A DNA stretch of 64,000 nt from Dehalococcoidia bacterium (GCA_965248955.1 OZ252212.1:1105037-1169036), one strand, 5' to 3'. Counted from the stretch's first letter, positions 40,187-50,809 are shown. Numbers and translations: made by a program. Notes: generated by a model from the sequence alone, not told the origin.

Positions 40187-41305
40187 TCAAAGAGCCTCCA
40201 CCTCTTCCATGAGGGCTGTGAGCATCTGCGATTCTTCAACCACGCGCACCTTCTGGCCTTTGCGGAAGATGACGGCGCGTCCCGCCCCGGCGGCTATGCC
40301 AACGTCGGCGTCCTTGGCTTCGCCGGGGCCGTTGACCTCGCAGCCCATGACTGCCACCTTCACGTTCTTGTCGATACCCTTGAGAAGCTCGTCCACCGTG
40401 TTGGACAGCTTGATGACGTCGACATCGGCGCGGCCACAGGAAGGGCAGGCGATCAGCGTGGTCCCCTTCTGGCGGAGCTCGAGCGACTTCAGTATCTCGT
40501 AGCCGGTGGCCACCTCTTCGCGGGAGTCATCGCTCAGGGAGACGCGAATGGTGTCGCCTATTCCCTCGTAAAGGAGTACGCCCAGGCCGATGGCGCTGCG
40601 AATGCTGCCCGATTTGGCTGTGCCCGATTCCGTGATTCCGAGATGAAATGGATAGGGCACCATTTCAGCCAGGCGGCGGTAGGCTTCAACGGTAGTGTGG
40701 ATGTCGAACGCTTTCATGGAGATTTTGATCAGGTCGAAGTCCAGCGCCTCCAGGATGCTAATCTCCCATAAGGCGGTGTCGACCATGTGGTCGACGACTG
40801 AGTACTGTCCAAAGGCGGCGACGCCCGTCTTGGGCAGCAGGTTTACGCCGTCGGATAGGCGGTGCTTGGCTCTGGTCTTGCCGATGCTGCCTACGGGGGG
40901 CAGACTGCCGAAGTTGACGCCGATGCGTATGGGGATGTCGCGCTCCTTGGCGGCCGACACCACCTGTTTGACGCGCTCCGGGTCGCGGATGTTGCCGGGA
41001 TTCAGTCGCAGGCAATCTACGCCGCCATTGATTGCTTCCAGTGCCAGCTGGTAGTGGAAATGAATGTCCGCCACCAGGGGCATGGAGATCTGCTTCCTGA
41101 TCTGAGGCAGAGCGAGCGCCGCGTCCATGTCGGGCACGGCGCAGCGGATTATCTCGCAACCGACTTCCTCCAGACCCTTTATCTGCTCCACGGTTGCCTT
41201 GACGTCGCGGGTGTCGGTCTTGGTCATCGACTGCACGGTTATGGGGGCGTCGCCCCCTACCTTTACATCGCCTACGTAAATGGGCTTGGTGATTCTGCGG
41301 TTCAA
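40187..41305 (-). CDS. ispG: 4-hydroxy-3-methylbut-2-en-1-yl diphosphate synthase
   Basis: Contains VGGDAPITVQSMT and the C-terminal Cys ligands CPSCGR...GCEVNGPGE. Confidence 0.95.
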   Translation of the reverse strand: MNRRITKPIYVGDVKVGGDAPITVQSMTKTDTRDVKATVEQIKGLEEVGCEIIRCAVPDMDAALALPQIRKQISMPLVADIHFHYQLALEAINGGVDCLRLNPGNIRDPERVKQVVSAAKERDIPIRIGVNFGSLPPVGSIGKTRAKHRLSDGVNLLPKTGVAAFGQYSVVDHMVDTALWEISILEALDFDLIKISMKAFDIHTTVEAYRRLAEMVPYPFHLGITESGTAKSGSIRSAIGLGVLLYEGIGDTIRVSLSDDSREEVATGYEILKSLELRQKGTTLIACPSCGRADVDVIKLSNTVDELLKGIDKNVKVAVMGCEVNGPGEAKDADVGIAAGAGRAVIFRKGQKVRVVEESQMLTALMEEVEAL

Positions 41306-41335
41306 TGTTGACTCCTCTGACTCATAATCATGCTA

Positions 41336-42421
41336 TCAGCCGCCGATGAGGCTTTCGCCCCGGAAGATGCGGTCCAGGTCCGCGAAGGTTATCAGTATCG
41401 CTACCATTATAAGTACGGCGAATCCGACGAGATGAACAAGCCCCTCCTTTTGGGGAGAGATGCGTTTGCCCCGCCGTATCCACTCTATGGCGACGAACAG
41501 AATGCGCCCTCCGTCCAGCGCCGGGATGGGCAGAAGGTTGAAGATGCCCAGGCTCAGGCTGATGACCGCGGCCAGGTTCAACGTGGTTATGACACGGTGA
41601 ACCGGCGGTACCTCCACCTGTGCCACCTCTCCGAAGACGTGTGCCATCCCCACAGGCCCAGTCACCTGGGGAGCTGCGCCTCCCGATATCCACTTGGTGA
41701 ACTCGTTCCTGACCAGCACCAGCACTTCACCCGTTCTCTGCAGGCCCAGCATGGGGGCGCGCCACAGAGCTTCAGAACGTTTTTCATACGTGACGTTTCT
41801 TGTAGCTACCCTGATGCCAGTAGCTCCGGATCCCTCCGGAGGATTGACCCGTGGCACCAGGGTTACAGCGACCTGCTCCCTGCCGCGCTGAACCAGCCAT
41901 GTCGTCTCCTGACCGAGGCTGAGAGCTATCTCATAGCGCAGGTGGCCGTCGTTGTCCAGGGTGCGGCCGTTGGCCTCCAGGATGACGTCTCCGGGGAGGA
42001 CGCCGGCCTGTGCGGCCGGGGAGTCTGGTAGAACATCTTGCACAGAGATGTCGCCCACCGGCACATCCTGGGGAATGACGAATAGCGCACTGAAGAGGAC
42101 AACCGCCGTCAGCAGGTTCATGAATGGGCCTGCCGCCATTACAAGGAACCTGACGGCGGCGCTTTTACCGGCCAGGCTGCCCGGTTCCGAGGGGTCTTCT
42201 TCACCGAGCATCTTGACGAATCCTCCCAGGGGAACGGCGTTAACTGTGTAGACCGTTTCGCCCTTGCGCAGGCCCCAGAGCCTGGGCGGAAAGCCGATGC
42301 CGAACTCGAGCACCTTGACCCTGGCCAGCTTGGCGGCAAAGAAGTGTCCTGCCTCATGGATAACGATGAGAACAACGAGCACCGCTACGAAACCCAGTAT
42401 TGAAAGAAGTACGGCAAACAT
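41336..42421 (-). CDS. rseP: RIP metalloprotease RseP (site-2 protease, M50)
   Basis: Contains HEAGHF, a PDZ domain and the LNLLPIPALDGG motif. Confidence 0.9.
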   Translation of the reverse strand: MFAVLLSILGFVAVLVVLIVIHEAGHFFAAKLARVKVLEFGIGFPPRLWGLRKGETVYTVNAVPLGGFVKMLGEEDPSEPGSLAGKSAAVRFLVMAAGPFMNLLTAVVLFSALFVIPQDVPVGDISVQDVLPDSPAAQAGVLPGDVILEANGRTLDNDGHLRYEIALSLGQETTWLVQRGREQVAVTLVPRVNPPEGSGATGIRVATRNVTYEKRSEALWRAPMLGLQRTGEVLVLVRNEFTKWISGGAAPQVTGPVGMAHVFGEVAQVEVPPVHRVITTLNLAAVISLSLGIFNLLPIPALDGGRILFVAIEWIRRGKRISPQKEGLVHLVGFAVLIMVAILITFADLDRIFRGESLIGG

Positions 42422-42423
42422 GT

Positions 42424-43557
42424 CTAGACCCCGGCCAGCTCTCGTGCTCTTTGCCCAGCCCAGGCAGCGGCGCCCAAGACGTCGTCCAGGGAGGTCTCGT
42501 TGCCGGGCCGGTGCTCTTCAAGGACGCCATCCACCAACCGGGGGATGTCCAAGAATCCAATTCTCCTCTCCAGGAAAAGCTCTACGGCCACGTCGTCCGC
42601 GGCGCAGAGGGCGGCCGGGTAAGTGCCTCCGGCCATCCCGGCATCCAGCCCGGTCCTGTAGCAGGGATATCTGCTCTCGTCTAGGGGTGAGAACTCCAGC
42701 GAACCTATGCGAGCTATATCGAAGCCGTTGGTCCAGTTGCTGCTGAGCCGCTTTGGGTAGAAGATGGCGTATTGCAGCGGAAGACGCATATCGGGAGGCG
42801 CCATCTGTGCCTTTATTGATCCGTCGTGGAACTCGACGAAAGAGTGGACGATGCTTTGGGGATGGAGCACGGCCTGTATCCGTTCCCAGGCGACGTCAAA
42901 AAGCCAGTGGGCTTCTATGACTTCAAAAGCCTTGTTCATCAGAGTAGCCGAATCTATGGTGATCTTCCTGCCCATCTGCCAGGTTGGGTGCATCAGCGCT
43001 TCTTCAGGAGTCACGCTAGCCAGTTCTTCCAGCGGCCTATTACGGAAAGCGCCGCCGGAAGCGGTGATGATCAAACGGGCTACGTCTTGCTCTTCTCCCT
43101 GCAGACACTGCCAGATGGCACTGGGTTCGCTGTCCACGGGCAAGAGCCGTGCTCCCGCCCGCATCTCCTGTGCGATTATAGCGCCGGCCATGACAATGGC
43201 CTCTTTGCTGGCCAGGGCCACGGCTTTCCCCGCCCTGAGGGCGGCCAGGGTGGGAGTCAATCCGGATAGGCCGCTGGTGGCCATAACCACAATGTCTACG
43301 TCCGGGTGGCAGGCTATCTCCTCCATGCTCTGGACAAGAGTACCCCGTGGCGCTGAAGGCAGCGAACCGTTGTGGCTCCATGCTACCTTTGGGTTGAACT
43401 CCGCAAGCTGCATCTGCAGCAGGTCCACGTTGCGCCAGCCGGCGAGACCCACGACGCATAGCTGCTCCGGGAAAGACCGCACTACCTCCAGGGTCTGACG
43501 GCCTATGGATCCCGTGGAGCCGAGAATAGCTATGCCTTTCACCATGTTGCCACCCAT
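42424..43557 (-). CDS. dxr: 1-deoxy-D-xylulose 5-phosphate reductoisomerase
   Basis: Contains ILGSTGSIGRQTL. An alternative ATG at 43545 (MVKGIAILG) gives an ATGGTGA overlap with the cdsA stop. Confidence 0.9.
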   Translation of the reverse strand: MGGNMVKGIAILGSTGSIGRQTLEVVRSFPEQLCVVGLAGWRNVDLLQMQLAEFNPKVAWSHNGSLPSAPRGTLVQSMEEIACHPDVDIVVMATSGLSGLTPTLAALRAGKAVALASKEAIVMAGAIIAQEMRAGARLLPVDSEPSAIWQCLQGEEQDVARLIITASGGAFRNRPLEELASVTPEEALMHPTWQMGRKITIDSATLMNKAFEVIEAHWLFDVAWERIQAVLHPQSIVHSFVEFHDGSIKAQMAPPDMRLPLQYAIFYPKRLSSNWTNGFDIARIGSLEFSPLDESRYPCYRTGLDAGMAGGTYPAALCAADDVAVELFLERRIGFLDIPRLVDGVLEEHRPGNETSLDDVLGAAAWAGQRARELAGV

Positions 43558-44435
43558 GTAGCTCCATAATAAACCAGCGCCAAATTGAGCACAATGCTAT
43601 CCAGTCTATCCAGGACGCCTCCATGTCCAGGCACCAGGCGGCCCGATTGTTTGGCGCTGTTGGCGCGTTTCAGTGTCGATTCGAGCAAATCGCCGGCCTG
43701 GGCGGCAAGGCCAACCACTATACCCAGCAGGGCAGCCTTCCAAACCGCCAAGGACAGGGAGAGCAACGATGCGAGGACAAGGAATGCAAGGATACCGCCG
43801 AGTAGACCTGCAACCGCTCCTTCCCATGTCTTGCCTGGGCTGATTCTAGGCGCCATACGGTGCTTGCCGAATGCTTTGCCGGCGAAATATGCGGACGTGT
43901 CCACCACGAAGGCAACGGCAAGGGCCAGTGATAGCCAGAGGCCGCCGTCCTCTATTCCCCTCAGTAGGACTCCGTAGGCCAGTGCTGCGCCAAGGTAAAA
44001 GGGGCCGCCTGCGACTAGAGGCCAGAATCTACGTTGTGCGGGCAAGAATCTGTAGGAGACGAATACAAGCACCAGCCCGCTGAATAGGATGGGAGGAGCC
44101 CATATCTGGGCTTGGAAGCCTGCCCCCGTCACCAGCGCTACTCCTAGGGCGATGCCCAGCAGGCGCGCCCACAACGACTTGATGCTTACCAGGCTATAGA
44201 ATTCCGCCAGGCCCAGCGCAACCACTGCAATAGCGAGGGCAAGGGTCCAAAGCTCGCCCAGCCAGACCATGGCAAACAGGATGGGGACGCCGATTATAGC
44301 AGTGGCTAGGCGCAGAACCAGCGTCTCCCTGCCCGTGGCGAGGCTATCGCATGATCCAAGTGGATGGTGTGGGCCGGATTGACGGGCGGATGATGTCATG
44401 GGTTCAACCGGAGTGCCGGCCGCCCTTTGGAGCAA
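43539..44435 (-). CDS. cdsA: Phosphatidate cytidylyltransferase
   Basis: Contains SAYFAGKAFGKHRMAPRISPGKTWEG and GHGGVLDRLDS. The start may be an internal Met (44399). Confidence 0.85.
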   Translation of the reverse strand: MLQRAAGTPVEPMTSSARQSGPHHPLGSCDSLATGRETLVLRLATAIIGVPILFAMVWLGELWTLALAIAVVALGLAEFYSLVSIKSLWARLLGIALGVALVTGAGFQAQIWAPPILFSGLVLVFVSYRFLPAQRRFWPLVAGGPFYLGAALAYGVLLRGIEDGGLWLSLALAVAFVVDTSAYFAGKAFGKHRMAPRISPGKTWEGAVAGLLGGILAFLVLASLLSLSLAVWKAALLGIVVGLAAQAGDLLESTLKRANSAKQSGRLVPGHGGVLDRLDSIVLNLALVYYGATWVATW

Positions 44436-44498
44436 TTGCAGTTTGCGTACCAGCGATGGCTATGCACATAGACTTTCAGGTTGGGACGAGGGGGACTG

Positions 44499-45059
44499 CT
44501 ACACTTCCAGCACTTCGGCCTCTTTCTCCGCGGCCGCGGTATCCACCTTGCCAATGTAGGAATCCGTAAGCTTTTGTATCTGATCTTGATTGCGCCGGCT
44601 TTCATCCTTGGAGAGCTCTTTGTTGCGCTCCATGGCGCGGACCTTCTCGATTACATCGCGGCGTATGTTTCTCACGGCAACGCGTGATTCTTCGGCGTGG
44701 CGCCTAACCACCTTGACCAGATCGCGGCGGCGCTCTTCCGTCGGCTCCGGTATGGGTATTCTCACCACGGTGCCATCGTTCGCAGGGTTGAGTCCCAGGC
44801 TTGATTTGAGAATGCTGCGCTCGATCCCAGAGATAACGCCCCTGTCCCACGGTTGTATGACGAGGAGCCTGGCCTCCGGCGCGGTTACGGTGGCGATCTG
44901 GTTGAGGGGGGTTTGGACTCCGTGGTAGTCCACCAGGACGTTTTCCAAAAGGCTGGGCGTGGCCCTGCCGGTCCGTACGGTGTTCATCTCCCGGTTCATT
45001 GCCTCTAGGGTCTTCTTCATCCGGGATTCCGCATCGCTTAGAAGTGAGGCTGTTGTCAT
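44499..45059 (-). CDS. frr: Ribosome recycling factor
   Basis: 186 aa. Canonical RRF sequence (VRTGRATPSLL...). Confidence 0.95.
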   Translation of the reverse strand: MTTASLLSDAESRMKKTLEAMNREMNTVRTGRATPSLLENVLVDYHGVQTPLNQIATVTAPEARLLVIQPWDRGVISGIERSILKSSLGLNPANDGTVVRIPIPEPTEERRRDLVKVVRRHAEESRVAVRNIRRDVIEKVRAMERNKELSKDESRRNQDQIQKLTDSYIGKVDTAAAEKEAEVLEV

Positions 45060-45117
45060 GACAAGACCTCCTGACGTTTGGTTTGCGGCAGCGGTACAGG
45101 GAAACCGCGGGCTGGTT

Positions 45118-45891
45118 CTAGGTATCCCCGGCAGGGACTTTTTTGTCCCCTTTAGGAGGGGTCAAGGCCTGCAGCTGTCCGACAACGGTTCCCAGTATAT
45201 CTCCCCTGAGCAGCCTGGAAAGGCTGCCAGGAACAAATAGGTCAAAAACCACTATGGGAAGCTGGTTTTCCATACACAAGGATAAGGCGGTGGCGTCCAT
45301 GACTTCAAGTCTGAGGTTAAGCGCTTCTATGTAGTCCAGATGCTGGAATTTCTTTGCCCCTGGATTACTGTGCGGATCCGAGTCATATACGCCGTCGACG
45401 CGGTTTTTGGCCATGAACAGCACTTCAGCGTCTATTTCCAGGGAGCGCAGTGCCGCAGCCGTATCCGTAGTCATATAGGGGTTTCCCGTACCGGAGGCAA
45501 AGAGGACAAGCCGGCTTCTTTCCAGGTGAGTGATGGCGCGGCGCCGGATGTACGGCTCTGCCACGGCACGGACGTCTATGGCTGTCATCACTCGGGTGTC
45601 CAGCCCCTCTCGCTCTAGCGCATCCTGCAGGGCCAGCGAGTTCAAAAGGGTGGCCAGCATACCCATGTAATCGGCGGTGCCTCTATCCATACCGCGCGCT
45701 TCCCACTCGTCGCCCCTCCAGAAGTTTCCTCCGCCGACAACGGCGGAAAGCTGGACGCCCATTTGGAAGGCTTCCTTGATTTCTCCGGCCAGGTAGGCCA
45801 ATGCCTTGGGGTCTATGCCGGAGTTAAGGTCTCCTTTGAGGGATTCACCGCTGAGCTTCAGCAGGATTCTGTTGTAAGCTGAATCCACCAT
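45118..45891 (-). CDS. pyrH: UMP kinase
   Basis: Contains RILLKLSGESL and GGGNFWRG. Confidence 0.95.
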   Translation of the reverse strand: MVDSAYNRILLKLSGESLKGDLNSGIDPKALAYLAGEIKEAFQMGVQLSAVVGGGNFWRGDEWEARGMDRGTADYMGMLATLLNSLALQDALEREGLDTRVMTAIDVRAVAEPYIRRRAITHLERSRLVLFASGTGNPYMTTDTAAALRSLEIDAEVLFMAKNRVDGVYDSDPHSNPGAKKFQHLDYIEALNLRLEVMDATALSLCMENQLPIVVFDLFVPGSLSRLLRGDILGTVVGQLQALTPPKGDKKVPAGDT

Positions 45892-45899
45892 CTGATGCC

Positions 45900-46403
45900 C
45901 TACTCTCCTAGAGCAAAGCGGGCAAACCTTTTGATGCGCACGTTCTCCCCAACCTTGGCTGCTACTTCAGTAACTATATCCTGGATGGTCTTGCTGTTGT
46001 CTCTGATGAAGGGTTGCTGCAAGAGGCATACCTCTTCCGGGTTACTGGTGTCATCCGCGGGAAGTTCGGATTTGTCGGTGTACAGAGGCGACATGGCGGC
46101 AACCTGCATGCTGAGGTTGTGAGCCAAGTCCTTGAACTCCGGGGTTCTGGAGACAAAATCGGTTTCGCAGTTAACTTCTATCAGTGCCCCAATACGGCTG
46201 CCGCTGTGCACGTACGATTCGATCAGTCCTTCGCTGGTCTCTCTGTGTGACTTGCTTGCCAGCTTTTCTATGCCTTTGGCTTGTAGCAGAGACTCCGCTT
46301 TTTCAATATCTCCCTCCGCTTCCTCTAGGGCTTTCTTGGAATCCATGATTCCAGCGCCTGTAAGATCCCGCAGGGCTTTGATCTGGTCGGTGGTGATCTC
46401 CAA
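45900..46403 (-). CDS. tsf: Elongation factor Ts (short form)
   Basis: Has the UBA-like ITTDQIKALRDLTGAGIMDSKKAL. I prefer the TTG at 46403, 10 nt after an AGGAGG that overlaps the rpsB stop. The ATG at 46442 lies inside rpsB. Confidence 0.85.
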   Translation of the reverse strand: MEITTDQIKALRDLTGAGIMDSKKALEEAEGDIEKAESLLQAKGIEKLASKSHRETSEGLIESYVHSGSRIGALIEVNCETDFVSRTPEFKDLAHNLSMQVAAMSPLYTDKSELPADDTSNPEEVCLLQQPFIRDNSKTIQDIVTEVAAKVGENVRIKRFARFALGE

Positions 46404-46410
46404 GGCCGGC

Positions 46411-47289
46411 TTACCTCCTGATCTCGGTGGTGAACCCGGCAACTTCAGTTTCAGGCAGTTCCATCTCTTCGGGCTTTGACATATCCTCAGCCTGTTCTGA
46501 AGGGCCAGCGATATCCGTCTCTATGGCGGCGCGTCTATGCATACCTTCCAGGACGGCGTCCGCGATTTTATGTGTGACGAGGCGAATCGAGCGTATGGCA
46601 TCATCATTGCCTGGAATTGGATAGTCCACCAGGTTCGGATCAGCGTCGGTGTCAACCAGTGCAACAATGGGCACGCCCATGCGCTGCGCCTCTGCCACGG
46701 CTATCTTCTCTTTACCAATATCGATCAAGAAGACACAGCCAGGGAGCTTTGTCATAGCCTTGATGCCGCCAAGGTAGCGGTTCAGCTTGACTATCTTCTC
46801 TTCCAGCTTTTGTCCCTCTCTTTTGGAAAGTACGCTGAACTGCCCTTTCAGTTCTTGCTCTTCCAACTGTACTAGGTAATCTATCCGTCTCTGTATGGTG
46901 GTGAAGTTGGTGAAGGTGCCTCCCAGCCACCGGGTATCGATATAGAAAGCACCACAGCGCTGTGCCTCGTTGACGATGGTCTCCTGCGCCTGGCGCTTGG
47001 TGCCAACGAAAAGGGCGTCTCCTCCGTCGGCGACCACCTCTGAAATAAACTCGCAAGCCCCTTCCAGTAGACCCAAAGTCTGCTGTAGATCGATGATGTG
47101 GATGCCGTTGCGGGTGGCGAATATGTAATTCTTCATCCTGGGATTCCAGCGCCGCGTTTGATGGCCAAAATGCACGCCCGCTTCCAGCAGGGCCTTCATA
47201 GTGACAGTCCCTTCCTCTTGGATGAGAGCGCCTTCCGGTGGCCTTGCTCGCCCATCGCCATCCGGAATCTTCCGGATTTCTTCAACCAT
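46411..47289 (-). CDS. rpsB: 30S ribosomal protein S2
   Basis: Contains [22 protein letters not shown]. The ATG at 47289 is preceded by AGGAG 5 nt upstream. The longer ORF to 47394 is unlikely. Confidence 0.9.
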   Translation of the reverse strand: MVEEIRKIPDGDGRARPPEGALIQEEGTVTMKALLEAGVHFGHQTRRWNPRMKNYIFATRNGIHIIDLQQTLGLLEGACEFISEVVADGGDALFVGTKRQAQETIVNEAQRCGAFYIDTRWLGGTFTNFTTIQRRIDYLVQLEEQELKGQFSVLSKREGQKLEEKIVKLNRYLGGIKAMTKLPGCVFLIDIGKEKIAVAEAQRMGVPIVALVDTDADPNLVDYPIPGNDDAIRSIRLVTHKIADAVLEGMHRRAAIETDIAGPSEQAEDMSKPEEMELPETEVAGFTTEIRR

Positions 47290-47470
47290 GTAAACTCCTA
47301 ACTGTTCGAAATGGACACGTGGCACGGAAGTATAGCACAGGGCACGCCTGTGGGCAACGTCAGGCATGAGACATACAGGCAGGAGTGAAAGCAAGCGGCT
47401 GACTTGCGAACGGCCGGGGCGGGGTGGGCTCCATGTTCCATAAGATAAAATTTATGAGCAATTGGTTAGC

Positions 47471-47499
47471 TTGACACCCCGTTGCTCGATTTCTATAAT
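47471..47499 (+). promoter_or_regulatory. Consensus sigma70-type promoter for yceD-rpmF
   Basis: TTGACA-N17-TATAAT (perfect hexamers) with an AT-rich upstream tract, about 30 nt upstream of the 47528 start. Confidence 0.6.
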
Positions 47500-47527
47500 G
47501 GGCTCCCTGTAGAGGGTTTGATAACCT

Positions 47528-48040
47528 ATGGAATTTAACGTTGCCCATCTTCTCAAAGAGCCTGTGGGCACAAATAAGGACTACATTGTGTACTCCACCC
47601 TGGAGTCTCCCGAGGAGACCAGGGGAAGCGTAGTTCAAGGCAAAGCCCGGCTTGCCCGCGTGAACCAGGGTATTCTAGTGAACGCGTTGCTGAGGGTCTC
47701 TGCCACGTGTCCTTGCAGCAGGTGCCTTCAGGACTTTCATACCTTGCTGGAGTTGCAGCTAAGCGAGGTTTATTTTCCCGCTGTCGACATAAAAACAGGA
47801 GCGGCTCTTCATGTTTCAGAGGAAGCTGCTCCGGTCTTTCTATCGAACGATCGTCATGAACTTGATATTACTGAAGCCGTACGCCAGTCGATAATAGTGG
47901 CCCTGCCTATGAAACCGTTGTGCAAAGAAGTCTGCGCCGGCCTGTGCCCTAGCTGCGGCATGAACCTGAACTCCGGGTGTATCTGCGAAAGCAAGGAGCT
48001 TGACCCCCGCTGGGCGCCACTGCTTGAGCTGGCGCCATGA
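47528..48040 (+). CDS. YceD/DUF177 family protein (23S rRNA accumulation protein)
   Basis: 170 aa. Has paired CxxC motifs and the conserved position directly upstream of rpmF. Confidence 0.8.
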   Translation: MEFNVAHLLKEPVGTNKDYIVYSTLESPEETRGSVVQGKARLARVNQGILVNALLRVSATCPCSRCLQDFHTLLELQLSEVYFPAVDIKTGAALHVSEEAAPVFLSNDRHELDITEAVRQSIIVALPMKPLCKEVCAGLCPSCGMNLNSGCICESKELDPRWAPLLELAP

Positions 48041-48069
48041 TCTCAATCCCATCCAAAAAGAAGTGATAT

Positions 48070-48273
48070 ATGGCTGCATTACCAAAGAAGAAAAGAACAC
48101 AATCCAAGAAGGGTAAGCGGTGGAGCCACTCGGCTCTCAGGCCGGTTAACCTTTCGGTGTGCCCGCAGTGCAGAGTGCCAAAGCGCTCTCACCGGGTATG
48201 TCACAATTGCGGATACTATGCCGGCAGAGAAGTAGTTTCGCCGGCGGGTTCGGAAGTTGAAGAGCGAGAGTAG
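48070..48273 (+). CDS. rpmF: 50S ribosomal protein L32
   Basis: Contains KKKRTQSKKGKRWSH...CPQC...CHNCGYY. Confidence 0.9.
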   Translation: MAALPKKKRTQSKKGKRWSHSALRPVNLSVCPQCRVPKRSHRVCHNCGYYAGREVVSPAGSEVEERE

Positions 48274-48318
48274 CTGGTTAGCTCTCTCACATCAAACCCG
48301 GGCATTAAGGAGCAAATT

Positions 48319-49299
48319 GTGGCTCTATCAAGGAACAACGGAAAAAATGGCAAGAAGTCTGCGTTTCTATTCCCGGGACAGGGGTCTCAGGAGGTTGGCA
48401 TGGGGCTCAATCTCTATGAGAATTCGCCGGCGGCCAGGGACGTCTTCCGTCTCGCTGACGAAGCACTGGAAAGACCTCTGTCATGCCTGATGTTCGAAGG
48501 TCCTGCTGAGGAGCTCAACAGAACGGACAACTCGCAGCCGGCCATATTGACGGTCAGCTTGGCCAGCCTATCCGCGGCCAGAGAGCAAGCGGGAGACGAT
48601 CTAGACCACGATGTAATCTTTATGGCAGGGCACAGTTTGGGCGAGTATACGGCGCTGGTTGCCTCCGGCGTCATTGACCTTATAGAGGCCGTGCAGTTGG
48701 TGCGCGAGCGGGGCCGGCTGATGCAAGAAGCCTGTAATGATCATACCGGCACCATGGCCGCCGTCCTTGGCCTGGAAGAGCATATTGTTGAAGAGGTCTG
48801 CCGCGAAACCCGCGCACAAGTAGCCAACATCAACACTCCCGGCCAGATAGTTATCAGCGGCGAAAAGGAGGCCGTGGATAGGGCTATAGAGCTGGCGGCA
48901 GAAAGGGGCGCCAAGCGGAGCATCCCTCTCAAGGTTAGGGGCGCCTTCCATTCTTACCTTATGGGTTCGGCAATGGAAGGCATGCAAAAGGCGCTGGACT
49001 CCGTGAACTTCCGCAATCCCGTTACGCCTGTGATCGCCAACTGCACTGCCAGACCCTTGAGCGCTTCCTGGGAAATCAAAGAGGAGCTAGCCCAACAGCT
49101 CTGCGGCTGTGTACGCTGGCAAGACTCTATAAACTACATGGTGGAATCAGGAGTGGGCGAATTCATAGAGTTTGGCCCCGGCCAAGTGCTCACCAACATG
49201 GTGAAACGCATCGCCAGCGATGCCAGCGTCAAGGCTGTTCACGATATTTCATCAGTACGGGAACTGATTGGCAACGGCCACAACGGCCACAAAGGGTAG
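48319..49299 (+). CDS. fabD: Malonyl-CoA:ACP transacylase
   Basis: Contains FLFPGQGSQ and GHSLGEY. GTG start. Confidence 0.9.
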   Translation: MALSRNNGKNGKKSAFLFPGQGSQEVGMGLNLYENSPAARDVFRLADEALERPLSCLMFEGPAEELNRTDNSQPAILTVSLASLSAAREQAGDDLDHDVIFMAGHSLGEYTALVASGVIDLIEAVQLVRERGRLMQEACNDHTGTMAAVLGLEEHIVEEVCRETRAQVANINTPGQIVISGEKEAVDRAIELAAERGAKRSIPLKVRGAFHSYLMGSAMEGMQKALDSVNFRNPVTPVIANCTARPLSASWEIKEELAQQLCGCVRWQDSINYMVESGVGEFIEFGPGQVLTNMVKRIASDASVKAVHDISSVRELIGNGHNGHKG

Positions 49300-49339
49300 C
49301 CTTGGGCCTGATAGGTTCTAGCTTGCCAATAGGACGCGC

Positions 49340-49762
49340 ATGAACGGCGGTGGGAAGCGCTCTATGCGCCGCAAGGCGCGCCGAGTGCTGTTACAAGTCC
49401 TCTACGAGGTGGATACAGTCGGTCATTCTCTTGAGGAGAGCCTTGGCTGGGTCACTGAGCAGGCTTATTTGGACAAGAACAGCAGTTCCTTCATACGCCA
49501 CCTTGCCGAAGAGGTAATAGCACAAAGCGACAATCTGGATGACGAGATTCAGCGCTATGCTCAGAGCTGGCCTGTGGAGCAGCTATCGCCTGTGGATCGC
49601 AATATATTGAGGATAGCCATCTATGAGGTCAAGCGTGGGAAGGAAGTACCGCTCCAAGTAGCTATAAACGAGGCGGTAGAGCTGGCCAAACGGTTTGGTG
49701 GAGAGAGTTCACCTCGCTTTATAAACGGGGTACTGGGTGCAGTTGCGGAATCCGTGTCATAA
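49340..49762 (+). CDS. nusB: Transcription antitermination factor NusB
   Basis: Contains [16 protein letters not shown] and the [13 protein letters not shown] motif. The start may be the second Met (49364). Confidence 0.85.
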   Translation: MNGGGKRSMRRKARRVLLQVLYEVDTVGHSLEESLGWVTEQAYLDKNSSSFIRHLAEEVIAQSDNLDDEIQRYAQSWPVEQLSPVDRNILRIAIYEVKRGKEVPLQVAINEAVELAKRFGGESSPRFINGVLGAVAESVS

Positions 49763-49806
49763 TAGCCAATACTGATTCCCAAACAACTATTGAAGGAGAG
49801 CACAAT

Positions 49807-50067
49807 ATGGCAGCAGTATTCGAGCGCGTGCAAAAGTTGGTTATCGACAAACTCGGAGTTGACGAAGCCGACGTGAAACCGGAGGCGTCGTTTACCAACG
49901 ACCTCAACGCTGACTCGCTTGACCTGGTCGAGCTCATCATGGCGTTTGAAGAAGAGTTCTCTCAAGACGGTGAAGCCATTGAGATCCCGGATGAAGATGC
50001 GGAGAAGATCAATACTGTTGCGGGTGCGGTTGAGTACCTCAAGGGAAAGGGCATCAAAGACAGCTGA
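49807..50067 (+). CDS. acpP: Acyl carrier protein
   Basis: 86 aa. Has the [16 protein letters not shown] phosphopantetheine-attachment motif. Confidence 0.9.
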   Translation: MAAVFERVQKLVIDKLGVDEADVKPEASFTNDLNADSLDLVELIMAFEEEFSQDGEAIEIPDEDAEKINTVAGAVEYLKGKGIKDS

Positions 50068-50206
50068 TTGGACCGGTGTCTACTCGTATGTTAGCAAGCT
50101 TTGTCCAGGGTGGAGGATTGACGCTAGTTTTTGGGTAAATGTTAGTACTATTCCCAGATGATTTATAATAAATGTGTTGGACAAGGATTAGAACTCACCA
50201 AGAGAT

Positions 50207-50809
50207 ATGTCGGAACTACAACAACTAGCCGGTCAGATAGGCAGCTGTATGGACTGCAACCTGTCACAACATCGCACCAGGGCTGTCCCAGGTGAGGGAC
50301 CGGAAGATGCCGACTTGATGTTCGTAGGAGAAGGGCCAGGCTACAACGAAGACCAGCAAGGAAGGCCGTTCGTAGGCGAGGCTGGCCGTTATCTAGAAGA
50401 GCTGCTGGCTTCCATAGGCTTCAGTAGAGATGAAGTATACATCACAAACATGGTCAAGTGCCGCCCCCCCAGTAACCGAGACCCCTTCCCCGGGGAAATC
50501 CAGGCTTGCAGCAAGTACCTTGACGTGCAGATAAAGCTGGTCCAGCCCAGGGTAATAGTCACGTTGGGACGTCATTCACTGGGCAAGTTTCTGCCTGGAG
50601 AGACTATCGGCAAGACCCACGGCAAGCCGCGACAAATAGGAAATTTGATTGTATATCCCATCTACCATCCGGCGGCGGCATTGCGCCAGCACACATTGCG
50701 CACCGTCCTAGAGCAAGATTTTCAGGCTATACCCTCTCTGCTGCAAGGAGACCTCCCCTTGGAAAAACCGGAGGAACCCAAGGCCAAGCAAATTTCCATG
50801 TTCCAGTAG
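50207..50809 (+). CDS. Uracil-DNA glycosylase, family 4
   Basis: Has a 4Fe-4S Cys pattern (CMDCNL...) and the GEGPG, ITNMVKCRPP and HPAA motifs. Confidence 0.85.
   Translation: MSELQQLAGQIGSCMDCNLSQHRTRAVPGEGPEDADLMFVGEGPGYNEDQQGRPFVGEAGRYLEELLASIGFSRDEVYITNMVKCRPPSNRDPFPGEIQACSKYLDVQIKLVQPRVIVTLGRHSLGKFLPGETIGKTHGKPRQIGNLIVYPIYHPAAALRQHTLRTVLEQDFQAIPSLLQGDLPLEKPEEPKAKQISMFQ

Noticed and set aside
39995-40771. 258-aa plus-strand ORF
   Set aside because: Most of it is antisense to ispG. The remainder lies in the spacer that carries the candidate ispG terminator.
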